Source: an uncultured Chloroflexia bacterium
Lineage (GTDB): Bacteria; Chloroflexota; Limnocylindria; Limnocylindrales; CSP1-4
DNA: 64,000 nt
Assembly: GCA_963712745.1 (NCBI GenBank)
Contig: CAVQJC010000010.1
Location: forward strand, 32,001 to 96,000
Direction: 5' to 3'
Position 1 is the first letter of the stretch; each line of letters begins with the position of its first letter. Of the stretch, positions 1 through 9,455 are shown one piece after another. Made by a program: the position numbers and the translations under genes. Under the pieces are notes generated by a model that was not told the origin of the DNA, did no database searches, and worked only from the letters and a program-made list of their open reading frames with translations.

Positions 1-418
1 GCCTTGGCACCGAACGAAGGACGGCCCCTCGTTGCTGCGTCAGGACCGCGTACATCGAGTAGGTAGGCACCGGCACCACCGAGCCCGAACCCGGGGACAG
101 GAACGTCTTGGCGATGATGTCGAGCACCTCGTCAGCACCACAGCCGACGAGGATCTCGTCGGGCCGGGCACCGGCGTAGGCGGCCGCCGCCTCGGCCAGC
201 TCGGCATAGGTCGAGTCGGGGTACTCGTGCAGGGGCGGGTCCCACGGACCCTCCAGCGCATGGGGCAGGTACGAGAGGACGGCCGGGCTGGTGTTGGTGT
301 CGAAGCGCAGGATGTCCGCTTCGTCCAGCCCGTAGCGGGCGGCGATGACGCGGTTCGGCGGCTCCCAGGTGTAGACGTTGGAACCGGCTACCAGGGCCTG
401 TGTCGTCTCGAGCGACAT
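1..418 (-). CDS. hisC: Histidinol-phosphate aminotransferase (runs off the window edge)
   Basis: Manual translation MSLETTQALVAGSNVYTWEP...ILRFDTNTSP...HEYPD...ILVGCGADEVLDII...PTYSMY; ATG overlaps the hisD stop (TGATG). Confidence 0.9.
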   Translation of the reverse strand, partial: MSLETTQALVAGSNVYTWEPPNRVIAARYGLDEADILRFDTNTSPAVLSYLPHALEGPWDPPLHEYPDSTYAELAEAAAAYAGARPDEILVGCGADEVLDIIAKTFLSPGSGSVVPVPTYSMYAVLTQQRGAVLRSVPR

Positions 419-1749
419 CAGTCCTGGCCCTCGAACCGGATCTCCACGGCGCGGCGGTGTGCCGTCAGGCCCTCCGCCTCGGCCACGGCCGCCACCGCGG
501 GCAGGATGCGTGCGAGGCCGTCGCGCGTGACGCGGTTGACCTGCATCCAACGTCCGAACGATTCGACCCCCAACGGGCTGTAGGCCCGGCCGCCCCCGGC
601 CGTGGGCAGGACGTGGTTCGAACCCGCCGCGTAGTCGCCCGCTGACTCGGGCGCATAGGCGCCCAGGAACAGCGACCCGGCGTGGCTGAGCCGGTCCAGC
701 GCGCCGTCGAGGTCGGCCACCACGACCGACAGGTGCTCGGGAGCGTACTCGTCGGCGAACGCCAGCGCCTCCTCGATGTCGGCCGTGAGCACCACGGTGC
801 CGGCGGCCCGGACGGACTCGGCCAGCGTGTCGCGGCGCAGGAGTGTGGGCAGCTGAGCCGCGATCTCGGCCTCGACCGCATCGGCCAGCGCCTCCGACGG
901 CGTGACCAGCAGGGACGGGGAATCGGGACCGTGCTCGGCCTGGCTCAGCAGGTCGGCGGCCACGTGCACCGGGTCGGCCGAATCGTCGGCCACGACCATG
1001 ACCTCGGTGGGGCCGGCCGGCATGTCGATGGCGCAGGAATCGAGCACCTCCAGCTTGGCCGCCGTGACCCAGGCGTTGCCCGGACCCACGATCTTGTCCA
1101 CGCGGCCGATGGACTCGGTGCCGTAGGCCAGCGCCCCCACCGCCTGGGCGCCACCCATGACCCAGAACTCCTCCACCTCCATGAGGCCGGCAGCGCCGAG
1201 CAGGGCAGGGGAGAGCTCGCCACCTGCGCCGGCCGGACTGGCCACCACGAACGTGCCCACGCCGGCCAGGCGCGCAGGGATGGCGCTCATCAGCAGCGAC
1301 GAGGGATAGGCGGCCGTGCCGCCGGGAACGTAGGCTGCGACCCGGTCCAGCCCACGCCAGACGCGGCCAACCTCGACGCCGGGCTCCGTCTCCACCCACT
1401 GCGCCGGCGGCGGCACCTCGATGGCGTGGAAGGACTCGATGTTGCGAGCCATCTGCTCGAGGCCGTCGCGCAGGGCTGTCGGCAGCCGGTCGCGAGCGGC
1501 TCGGAGGTCCTCCGCGGGCACACGCAGCGCGGGCGCATCGGCCGGTTCGGTCAGACCACCGCCAAAGCGCTTGTTGGCCTCGCGCAGGGCCTCGTCCCCA
1601 CCGACGCGCACGGCGTCGACGATGGCTCGCGCCTTGGTTCGGATGTCGGGCGTGGCCGTCGATTCGCGCTCGGTCAGGGCCTTGCGCTCATCCTCGCTGG
1701 CCTCGGCCAGCCGCAGGCGTCTGAGGGTCGGGGCGGGGGCGTCGGTCAT
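418..1749 (-). CDS. hisD: Histidinol dehydrogenase
   Basis: YVPGG, KIVGPGNAWV, IDMPAGPTE, DLLSQAEH, APEHL and GDYAAGSNHVLPT motifs. Confidence 0.97.
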   Translation of the reverse strand: MTDAPAPTLRRLRLAEASEDERKALTERESTATPDIRTKARAIVDAVRVGGDEALREANKRFGGGLTEPADAPALRVPAEDLRAARDRLPTALRDGLEQMARNIESFHAIEVPPPAQWVETEPGVEVGRVWRGLDRVAAYVPGGTAAYPSSLLMSAIPARLAGVGTFVVASPAGAGGELSPALLGAAGLMEVEEFWVMGGAQAVGALAYGTESIGRVDKIVGPGNAWVTAAKLEVLDSCAIDMPAGPTEVMVVADDSADPVHVAADLLSQAEHGPDSPSLLVTPSEALADAVEAEIAAQLPTLLRRDTLAESVRAAGTVVLTADIEEALAFADEYAPEHLSVVVADLDGALDRLSHAGSLFLGAYAPESAGDYAAGSNHVLPTAGGGRAYSPLGVESFGRWMQVNRVTRDGLARILPAVAAVAEAEGLTAHRRAVEIRFEGQD

Positions 1750-2648
1750 GGCAGGAGCTTCTCCACGGGGACAACGAGGATGCCGGTGGCGCCGGCTTCA
1801 CGCAGTGGGACGAGGATGCGGTGGACGTCGTTGGCGCCCACCACGGCATGGACGGCGTGCATGCCTTCGTGGGCGAGCGGCAGGACGCTGGGGGACTCCA
1901 GCCCGGGCAGGATGGCTTCGATCGCCTCGAGCGATGCGGTCGGCGCGTTCATCATCAGGTACTTCACGCCGCGCCCGGCGATGACCGCCTCGATCATCGT
2001 GCGCACCTCGGCCATGATGGCGGACGCTTCCGGCGTGCCGTCCTTGCGCCCGACCAGGATGGCCTGGCTGGCGAAGAGCGGGCCCACCGAGCGCAGGCCA
2101 TTCATGATCAGCGTCGAGCCGCTCGAGACGAGGTCGACGACGCCGTCGGCGAGGCCCATGGTGGGCGCGACCTCGACGGCGCCGGAGACGGTCACGATGG
2201 TGGCCTCGATGCCGCGCTGGGCGAAGGACGTCTCGGTCGCGTGAGGATGGCTGGTAGCGAGGCGCATGCCGGCGAGGTCCTCGAGCGAGCGCGCCGGGGA
2301 CTCGTTGGGCACCGCCGCCTCCAGGCGGCAGTAGCCATAGCCCAGCTCGACGAACGTGTCGAGGTCGGCTCCCGCCTCGATGAGCAGGTTGGTGCCGGTG
2401 ATGCCGAGGTCGGCTACTCCGTCGGCCACGAACTCGACGATGTCGTCGGTGCGCACGAAGAGGATGTCGAGCGGGAAGCCCTCGACCTTGGCCGTCAGCG
2501 CGCGCGTGCCGTCCTCGAAACGCAGGCCTGCGTCGTGGAGCAGTTGCAGGGAGGGACCCTGCATCCGGCCCTTGTTGGGGATGGCCAGGCGTACCCGGCC
2601 CGACTCGCTGCCGGGAAAGGCGGTCACGCGACCTTCGTTGGCGATCAC
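1746..2648 (-). CDS. hisG: ATP phosphoribosyltransferase, long form
   Basis: RLAIPNKGR, DLGITG, GAVEVAP..GLAD..VDLVSSGSTL and a C-terminal regulatory domain; GTG at 2648 overlaps the upstream stop. Confidence 0.95.
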   Translation of the reverse strand: MIANEGRVTAFPGSESGRVRLAIPNKGRMQGPSLQLLHDAGLRFEDGTRALTAKVEGFPLDILFVRTDDIVEFVADGVADLGITGTNLLIEAGADLDTFVELGYGYCRLEAAVPNESPARSLEDLAGMRLATSHPHATETSFAQRGIEATIVTVSGAVEVAPTMGLADGVVDLVSSGSTLIMNGLRSVGPLFASQAILVGRKDGTPEASAIMAEVRTMIEAVIAGRGVKYLMMNAPTASLEAIEAILPGLESPSVLPLAHEGMHAVHAVVGANDVHRILVPLREAGATGILVVPVEKLLP

Positions 2649-2955
2649 CTGGACGTCTCCCCGGTGATGGTGCGGTCGAGCGCCTCGCGGTAGCCGCCGG
2701 TGCCGTGGTTGAGCCACTGCGCGATGCGCGTGACGGTGGCCGTGCTGGCGCCGGTGGTACGGCTGATCTCGGCGTAGGGGATCCCTCGTCGAGCAGGCGC
2801 ACGACATGCCAGCGCTGCGCCAGGTCGTGCAGCTCGCGCAGCGTGCACAGGTCGCGGAAGAACCGCTCAGCGGCTGCCCGGTCGGGCAGTGCGAGGATGG
2901 TGTCGAGGAGGTCGCTCGTGTCTTCCGAGCGCCACTCGGTGGGATCGATGCTCAT
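2645..2955 (-). pseudogene. YerC/YecD TrpR-like regulator (HisR-like), frameshifted near 2783-2785
   Basis: N-part FFRDLCTLRELHDLAQRWHVVRLLDEG is in one frame; HTH IPYAEISRTTGASTATVTRIAQWLNHGTGGY is in another; RBS AGGAG precedes the ATG. Confidence 0.85.
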
Positions 2956-3022
2956 GGTCTCCTGCTGGCGTGCCAGCCCGTTGAGTGGGCGTGCGTCTCA
3001 GTGGGTCGTACGTGTCTGTATC

Positions 3023-3055
3023 GCTATGCTAGCATAGTAGCATGCTACAACGCTA
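3023..3055. promoter_or_regulatory. Putative TrpR-family tandem operator in the divergent his promoter
   Basis: Perfect palindromes CTATGCTAGCATAG (3024-3037) and GTAGCATGCTAC (3037-3048); 8-bp periodic GCTA/TAGC. Confidence 0.6.
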
Positions 3056-3079
3056 CAACAGCCAGGCGGAGTCCCGCCG

Positions 3080-3808
3080 ATGGAGCTGATCCCCGCCATC
3101 GACCTCCTGGGCGGTCGCGTGGTGCGCCTGTCGAAGGGCGCCTATGACGCGGTCACCGAATACGCGGACGACCCCATCGAGGTCGCGCGCGAGTTCGCAG
3201 CCGCAGGCGCCGAGCGCATCCACATCGTCGATCTCGATGCCGCGCGCGAGGGGAGGGCGATGCAGGCGGAAGTCGTCGCCCGCGTGGTCGAGGCGGTGGA
3301 CGTGCCCTGCCAGGTCGCCGGGGGCATCCGCGATGCCGACGCGGTGGCGCGAGGGCTGGCGGCCGGTGCGGACCGGCTCGTGATGGGTTCAGCGCTCATC
3401 AGCAGCCCGCTCCTGGCCAAGACGCTCAGCGAGCGCTACGGGCCCGATCGCATCGTGGCCGCGCTCGACGTTCGCGCCGGCCAGGCGCTCGGCGACGGCT
3501 GGGTCGACGGTGCGCGCGGTGCCGAGGTCATCGGCCTGGCGCAGCGCCTGGCGGAGGTCGGGCTGAGATGGTTCGCCGTCACCGCCATCGCTCGTGACGG
3601 GCAGATGAGCGGGCCCGACTACGAGCTGCTCGAGGCAGTGCGCTCCGCGGTACCCGGCGCGGCCATCATCGCGTCCGGAGGCGTCAGCTCAGTAGCTGAC
3701 ATCCGCGAGCTTGCGGCGCGCGGCTTCGACGCCGCCATCACGGGCCGTGCGCTGTATGAAGGCGCGTTCACCCTGGAAGAGGCCCTGGAGGCGGCGAGGG
3801 GCGCCTAG
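3080..3808 (+). CDS. hisA: ProFAR isomerase HisA
   Basis: IPAIDLLGGRVVRL..G, HIVDLDAA, QVAGGIR, TAIARDG, IIASGGV, GRALYEG. Confidence 0.95.
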   Translation: MELIPAIDLLGGRVVRLSKGAYDAVTEYADDPIEVAREFAAAGAERIHIVDLDAAREGRAMQAEVVARVVEAVDVPCQVAGGIRDADAVARGLAAGADRLVMGSALISSPLLAKTLSERYGPDRIVAALDVRAGQALGDGWVDGARGAEVIGLAQRLAEVGLRWFAVTAIARDGQMSGPDYELLEAVRSAVPGAAIIASGGVSSVADIRELAARGFDAAITGRALYEGAFTLEEALEAARGA

Positions 3809-3914
3809 CGCACAAGGTCGAAAGGCCGCCACGCGTACGAGTCGCCCGGGCGTGGCTCGAGCGCCATCCCCGGTGAGCTGCGTGCTCAGACCCACACAAT
3901 GAATGCCTTGGAGA

Positions 3915-4100
3915 AGGGCCTCACCGGTGACATCGTTGGGTTGTCAAGCAACCAGCACCAGGAGGCCCGCACATGTCGTACGCCGGCTTGGACCTATCGC
4001 GCCAGAGGCTTGATGTGCACGTCGTGGATGAGGACGGCTCGACCGTCGACGTGACCGCCGTGCATCCGGACGCCGACGCCCTGCGGACGCTAACCACGGT
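3915..4100 (+). mobile_element. IS110-family remnant: left end plus transposase N-terminus
   Basis: RBS GGAGG, then MSYAGLDLSRQRLDVHVVDEDG at 3973 (DEDD N-terminal GLD motif); similarity is lost after about 40 aa. Confidence 0.65.
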
Positions 4101-4320
4101 GGTGGCTCGAGATGAGCGGCTCGAGCGGTCGGCGACGGTCTTGAAGCCATCGCACGAGTCCTCGCCGGCCGGGCCACTTCGTCTTCCTGGCCGTCCGCCT
4201 GCTGGTTCCGGGGTCGAGCTCCTATACTCACCGTGAACCTAGAGGGCCGCGAGGAAGTGTCGGTCGGGGGGCTCTTGATCTCTTCCATCCCTGGAGGGAA
4301 CAGTGCCCAAGTCCCGAACC

Positions 4321-5460
4321 ATGCCTCGTCGCTTGCTGGCCGCGCTCGCGCTCGGCTCGAGCCTCGTGGCGGCCAATGCTCTTGTCGCCACGGCCACCAC
4401 ACCCGAGTTGCCCCCGAACGCCGCGGGCTATGTGGCCGTCTGCCCCGATGCCGCGAACGGTGGCCTTCAGACCGTCATCGTGCCCGCGGACGAGGCGGAC
4501 GCACTCGTGACCGAGAGCAGTGTCGGCGCGCCATGCGCGGTCGCGCCCGGTGCCGATGCCTACGGTCCCGCGCCCGATCCCGAGACTGGCCACTACGTCG
4601 GCGAGATCGCCGATGGCATCTTCTGGGTCACCGAGGGCGTGTACCAGGCGATGTTCTTGACGACCGGTGAGGGTGTCATCGTGGTCGATGCCCCGCCGAG
4701 CATCCCGGACATCGCCGGCGCCATCGCCTCGGTCACGGACGAACCGATCACCCACGTCATCTACAGCCACAGCCACGCCGACCACATCGCCGGGGCGGGC
4801 AACTATCCCCCCGAGGCCACGTATGTCGCGCACGCGGACACCGCCGCCCAACTCGAGAAGTCACTGGCCACGAACCCTGCCTGGGGCGCGTTCGTCGGTG
4901 GTGGCCCGGTGCCGCTGCCGACGGTGACCTTCGATGACGCCTACACCCTGGAAGTTGGCGACAAGACGCTCGAGCTCTCGACGCCAAACGTGCTCGCGCA
5001 CGAGCCGGGCAACATCTTCATCTTCGCGCCGGAGCAGAACGTGCTCGCCGTCATCGATCTCGTCTTCCCCGGCTGGTCACCCTTCAAGGACCTGGCCCAG
5101 GCCGAGGACGTCCTCGGATACCTGGCCGCGCATGACGAGATCCTCGCCTTCGGGGCCGACACGATCGTGACCGGCCACATGGGTCGGCTGGGGACGATCG
5201 CGGACGTCGAGCTGAACAAGGAGTACATGGCCGAAATCCAGGCCGCTGCCCTGGCCGCGCTGCAGAGCGTGGCACTCGACCCCATCGCCGCCGAGACCGG
5301 CTATGCCAATCCGTGGCTCTTGTTCGACAGCTACTTCGACGCACTCGTCTCGAGTTGCGAGGCGCAAGTGGTGCCGAACTGGACGGGTCGACTGGCGGGC
5401 GCCGATGTCTTCACAGCCGACCACTGCTATCGGATCTTGGAGTCGCTCCGGATCGACTGA
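4321..5460 (+). CDS. Secreted MBL-fold metallo-hydrolase
   Basis: Signal peptide; VIVVDAP, YSHSHADHIAG (HxHxDH), IVTGH. Confidence 0.88.
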   Translation: MPRRLLAALALGSSLVAANALVATATTPELPPNAAGYVAVCPDAANGGLQTVIVPADEADALVTESSVGAPCAVAPGADAYGPAPDPETGHYVGEIADGIFWVTEGVYQAMFLTTGEGVIVVDAPPSIPDIAGAIASVTDEPITHVIYSHSHADHIAGAGNYPPEATYVAHADTAAQLEKSLATNPAWGAFVGGGPVPLPTVTFDDAYTLEVGDKTLELSTPNVLAHEPGNIFIFAPEQNVLAVIDLVFPGWSPFKDLAQAEDVLGYLAAHDEILAFGADTIVTGHMGRLGTIADVELNKEYMAEIQAAALAALQSVALDPIAAETGYANPWLLFDSYFDALVSSCEAQVVPNWTGRLAGADVFTADHCYRILESLRID

Positions 5461-5481
5461 CTCGCGGTCAGACGCACCAGC

Positions 5482-5506
5482 GGGGCGACCAGTCTTGGTC
5501 GTCCCC
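5482..5506 (+). terminator. GC-rich hairpin after the MBL gene
   Basis: GGGGCGACCA-GTCT-TGGTCGTCCCC; no U-tract. Confidence 0.35.
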
Positions 5507-5575
5507 GCACCTCGCCCAGGCTGGGCCGGCACACGATCGGCGGATGGTGACCAAGGGACGCCGCGGGTTGCCCGG

Positions 5576-5664
5576 AAATCGCCAGGCGTGCTCTGTCTGG
5601 TCGTCGCCGCCACGGCGTGGGGCCGACCGTCACTTGACCCGTTGAACGGGGCGGGGATGATGGG
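5576..5664 (+). repeat. Repeat A copy 1
   Basis: AAATCGCCA...TGTCTGGTCGTCGCCGCCA...CTTGACCCG-N-GATGATGGG. Confidence 0.8.
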
Positions 5665-5728
5665 AAGCAGCACAAGGGGGACCGAGATGATGTGCTAGTG
5701 GCCGGCTACCCCCGCTGGGTTGAGCGAC

Positions 5729-5831
5729 CGCCGCCGTGCGCAGCACGATGACTGGTCGTCGCCACCGTCACCGTGCCCGCCGGCGGTCCGTTCGTCACTT
5801 GACCCCCTGAAGGCCCCGCCGGACGATGGGA
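5729..5831 (+). repeat. Repeat A copy 2
   Basis: CTGGTCGTCGCCACC...CTTGACCC-N-GACGATGGG; 20 bp before the next gene. Confidence 0.75.
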
Positions 5832-5851
5832 CCCAACGGAGGTGATGGCTC

Positions 5852-7036
5852 ATGGAGCGGTCTCGCTCGGTCGGGCGGCTCGTCATCAGCACCATCGGAA
5901 TCCTGACCGGGGTGGCCTTCCTCGTCTCCCTGGCCTCGTGGGTGCCCCACACGGTCCTGGCACCGCTCGTCGGGCCCCAGCGGATCGAACGCGCCGAGGC
6001 CGGCTTCGCCATCGCCCTGCCGCTCGACTGGGAGCACGCCGACGCTGTCGATGCGGACCCCGACGAGTGGTGGGACCCCGACGAGGTCGTCTCGGTCGCG
6101 GCGCATCATCGGGAGGTCCTCGCCGATGGAGGCCTGCTGCTGGCCCGCAGCCGTTCACCGTTCTCGACCGACGGCTGCATCCTGTACGACTTCTCTGCTC
6201 GCGCCGCCGAACCACCTACCTGGACCACCCTCGCCCATGTCACGAGCGAGGTCCAGGCCTTCGAGGAGGACCCCGAGGTCATCGACGCCGAGGCCACCTT
6301 CCTCGAGTTGCCCGCGGGTCCTGCCCTGCGCGTCGACGTGCGCCGGTGGGATGGCTGGGACGGAAGCGACTTCTACCTCGCCGATGGGCTGCGCTGGTAT
6401 GAGCTGGACTGCGGAGCGGAGACCGCGCCCGACGACCGCTGGCTCTCCGTCGCCGAGACCTTCGAGTTCCTGCCCGTCGAGGGTATGTCCCGGCCCGTAG
6501 CCAGCCCCGCACCTCAGCGCGTCGAGCGCCCCGAGGCGGGCTTCGCGCTCATCCTGCCGTACGGCTGGCAGTACATGGACGCCGCGGAGGCCGATCCCCA
6601 CGAGTGGTGGGACGCCGAGGTCGTCGACGACGTGGAGGCATACCACGAGTCGCGCATCGCCGATGGCCTGCTCCTGACGGCACGCGCGTACCTGCCCACC
6701 GAGCCCGCGATGCAGCGATGCGACCTCGTCGACCTCACGGACCTGGCGACGATGTCCCCGGCCTGGGCCACGCTCGAGGATGCGGAGCAGGACTTCCGGG
6801 TCTGGTGGAGGGCCGATCCCGAACTGACCGCCTTCGAGGCCGACTACGTCGCTCTTCCCGCCGGACGCGTGCTGTCCATCGACAGCCACTGGCAGGATGA
6901 CCTGGTCGCCCGCGACTACGTGTACACCGACGGCGGGAGATGGTTTCAGCTTCCTTGCTCGACGTGGGGTACCCAGCCCGAGGATCGCTGGCTGGCGATC
7001 GCCGAGACGTTCGAGCTCCTGCCCGCCGACGAGTGA
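5852..7036 (+). CDS. Membrane-anchored protein with two tandem 'ERPEAGFAL.LP..W...DRWLSIAETFEFLP' domains (PsbP/DcrB-like fold inferred)
   Basis: RBS GGAGGTGA; N-terminal TM; clear internal duplication; paralog at 18218. Confidence 0.8.
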   Translation: MERSRSVGRLVISTIGILTGVAFLVSLASWVPHTVLAPLVGPQRIERAEAGFAIALPLDWEHADAVDADPDEWWDPDEVVSVAAHHREVLADGGLLLARSRSPFSTDGCILYDFSARAAEPPTWTTLAHVTSEVQAFEEDPEVIDAEATFLELPAGPALRVDVRRWDGWDGSDFYLADGLRWYELDCGAETAPDDRWLSVAETFEFLPVEGMSRPVASPAPQRVERPEAGFALILPYGWQYMDAAEADPHEWWDAEVVDDVEAYHESRIADGLLLTARAYLPTEPAMQRCDLVDLTDLATMSPAWATLEDAEQDFRVWWRADPELTAFEADYVALPAGRVLSIDSHWQDDLVARDYVYTDGGRWFQLPCSTWGTQPEDRWLAIAETFELLPADE

Positions 7037-7125
7037 GTCACCGCCAACAAGAAGGGTGGTGACCGACCGTCGCACACGATCGCGCAATCGTGTGGGTGCC
7101 ACGAGAGCTCGCTCCCGCGTCGAAG

Positions 7126-7198
7126 ACCGCCATCTCCTGCGCCGCCGCGCGCGGGCCATTCGTCACTTGACCCGCTGAGGCCGGCGCGGAAGATGGGG
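7126..7198 (+). repeat. Repeat A copy 3 (shortened)
   Basis: GGGCCATTCGTCACTTGACCCGCTGAGGCCGGCGCGGAAGATGGGG. Confidence 0.7.
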
Positions 7199-7240
7199 AT
7201 ATCGGCAAGGTCGATAGGGTGATCGGGAGGTCCATCGCCG

Positions 7241-7522
7241 ATGGGAGCATTCGAAGCCCGCGAGGTCGCTCGAGTGGCGGTCGGTGTGGCTGCTGTGCTT
7301 GCCCAGACCGGGCTCGCGCTCCTCTACATCGGCTGGGCCATATTCGTGGTCCCGCCACCCGCGATCTTCGTTCTCGCGTGCCTTTGGCTCGCTCAGATGG
7401 TGGTCGTCATCTGGCTCGCCATCCGTGACGCGTGGCTCGCGCCGCTCGTACCGGTCGTGTCGTTCATCTCAGTGATGCTCATCCTCGAGTACGGGAAAGC
7501 GAACCTCGGCTGGGGGGCCTAG
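7241..7522 (+). CDS. Small membrane protein (about 3 TM)
   Basis: RBS GGGAGG; hydrophobic 93-aa ORF. Confidence 0.7.
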   Translation: MGAFEAREVARVAVGVAAVLAQTGLALLYIGWAIFVVPPPAIFVLACLWLAQMVVVIWLAIRDAWLAPLVPVVSFISVMLILEYGKANLGWGA

Positions 7523-7547
7523 CCGAGTCGCTGCCTGATTCTCAGCG

Positions 7548-7640
7548 AACCGCCATGAACAACGGGATTGGTCTGGTCGTCGCCGCCGTGGCTGCGGGCC
7601 GTCCGGCCCTTGGCCCACCGACCGGGACGCGGAGGATGAG
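7548..7640 (+). repeat. Repeat A copy 4
   Basis: AACCGCCATGAACAACGGG...TCTGGTCGTCGCC...GGGCCGTCCGGCCCTTGGCCC-N-GAGGATG. Confidence 0.85.
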
Positions 7641-7818
7641 GCGTGAGTTGAGTCGCCACCCGATGTCGCGGGTCCGACTCACGCGCACGCTCCGGGCATG
7701 AGAGCCACGTCTCGGATCGAGGTACTCCTGTGGGACCGTCAGCGGCAACGAGGTCGCCTTGGGGCGACGCTGGTGCCATGGGCCGATCCTGTGCGTCCGC
7801 CGCAGAAGGATCGTTGAG

Positions 7819-8133
7819 ATGGAAGGATCGGATCGCGGCGCCGGTACCCGGCGCCAGAGGCTCCTACGGTTGCTCGCCGGGGCCGTAGCCGGCTGCCCTG
7901 GACTGGAAGTGGTCGCCACGGATCGCGATGGTCGACGATCGGAGGATGCAGGGTCGGGGCACGTGCTGGGGCCGTCCTCGGATCGAGATGCCGAGAACCA
8001 GCAGCGCGACCTCGTCTCCGTCAGGGATCGGATCGGCCTTGGCTGCTCCCTATTCCCGGGATGCGGCGCGTTCGTGGGCTCGCTCGTGATGTCTGGGATG
8101 CTCATGGTCCTCGCCCGATCGCTGATCAGGTAG
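7819..8133 (+). CDS. Hypothetical protein with C-terminal TM
   Basis: ORF abuts the next gene; hydrophobic C-terminus. Confidence 0.35.
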   Translation: MEGSDRGAGTRRQRLLRLLAGAVAGCPGLEVVATDRDGRRSEDAGSGHVLGPSSDRDAENQQRDLVSVRDRIGLGCSLFPGCGAFVGSLVMSGMLMVLARSLIR

Positions 8134-8595
8134 GTGATGGTCACACCCAGCCCGGCGACGGATGAGTCGCAAGCTGAGTCGCCGCCCGATGTGGCGGGTT
8201 CGACTCAGGCGCACGCTCGGGGCATGACGACATCACGACGCATCATCGCGGTCGTGCTCGGCCTTCTCGGTGCCGAGCGCATCATCTACGCGGACATCGT
8301 CGGCGTGGTGCCCGGGGCGCAATCGACACCGGCGCTCAGCCTAGCCATCGGGCTGGGGGTCCTCATCGCGGCCATGGGGCTCTTCCTGGGTTATGGCTGG
8401 GCACGATGGCCCGCTGTCATCGGTGCGACCCTCGTCGCGCTACAGGGGCTTGGCTACGTCGTCTGGGGCCTCAGCCGGTCTCTCGACCCGGGTTTCCTCC
8501 TCGGCCTCATCGAGCCGGTCCTCTGCGCAGTCATCGTCGTCAGGTTGCTCCTGTATTGGCCACCTGGCGTGTCGTGGGCCGCACGATTGCGATAG
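8134..8595 (+). CDS. Membrane protein (about 4 TM)
   Basis: Hydrophobic segments including GYGWARW. Confidence 0.65.
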   Translation: MMVTPSPATDESQAESPPDVAGSTQAHARGMTTSRRIIAVVLGLLGAERIIYADIVGVVPGAQSTPALSLAIGLGVLIAAMGLFLGYGWARWPAVIGATLVALQGLGYVVWGLSRSLDPGFLLGLIEPVLCAVIVVRLLLYWPPGVSWAARLR

Positions 8596-8865
8596 CCGCG
8601 CATGGCGACGCTGCCATCTACAAGTGCCCTCAGCCACGCCCTGGGGCGGGCCGGCATTGATCCCGGCCCGGGCCGAGGGCCTCGTCGACACTATCTCGCC
8701 ATCGTGGCAGCCGACCTGGTTCGAGGGTTCCGGGTACTGGCACGAGGTTCAGCTTTCACCACCTCGTCGGCTGCGCGCGGGCGCTGCGGGCAACACCGCC
8801 ATGTCTGGGCTGAGGGCTTCCCGAGAGCCTTACAGTAGGTTGACGCGAGGCAGGCAAGGCGACTC

Positions 8866-9102
8866 GTGGCCTACAGCCGTCGGGCGAACCCCTGGGCCGA
8901 GGAGGTGTACCGCCGGGCACGTGCGCGCGGCAAGAGTCATCCCCATGCCGTGCGCATCCTCGCCCGGGCGTGGATCCACGTCATCTGGCGCTGCTGGCAG
9001 GACCGTGTCCCCTACGACCCGGCCCGCCACGGCGCCCTGCAGCGGGTGAACCTCGCCTCGACCGGGGTGGCGGCGTGATCAGGGGTTGACATAGGGCTAC
9101 TC
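8866..9102 (+). mobile_element. IS110-family remnant: transposase C-terminus plus right end
   Basis: SRRANPWAEEVYRRARARGKSHPHAVRILARAWIHVIWRCWQDRVPYDP, followed by GGTTGACATAGGGCTACTC. Confidence 0.8.
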
Positions 9103-9105
9103 GGC

Positions 9106-9170
9106 GCGGTCCAAGGCGGCCAACGTACACGGGCCGCACGTCGATGCCTCCCGCTACGCATGACTCTCCC
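9106..9170 (-). repeat. Repeat B copy 1
   Basis: GCGGTCCAAGGCGGCCAACGTAC..GGGCCGC...GCCTCCCGCTACGCATG; matches 11224 and 21775. Confidence 0.8.
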
Positions 9171-9455
9171 CCGCTGTCCATCGGTTCCGCGGGCACGCGC
9201 ACGAAACGCCACGAGTGGCGGACCCTTCGGGGCTCCCAAGGCCATTGCCGCTCGGGCGTGGCCTCGCCCGCTAGGCGCGATCGCGGGCTGCTCGGTCCAC
9301 GACCCAGGCGGCGAGTGAGGCCCCGACCAGGCTGTCCAGGAGCCCCAGACCGAGGTCGCCGAGCGTATCCCGATTGGCTGTCGCGGCTTCGGGTGAGGTC
9401 ACGTACTCGAGCAGCTCCCAGACGATCGCCGCCGCCGCGCCGAGGTCGTCCGCTC

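Noticed and set aside
3915-9102. Two IS110 fragments as one element carrying 4.7 kb of cargo
   Set aside because: Orientation fits, but the middle of the transposase is missing and nothing shows the two pieces are from the same IS.
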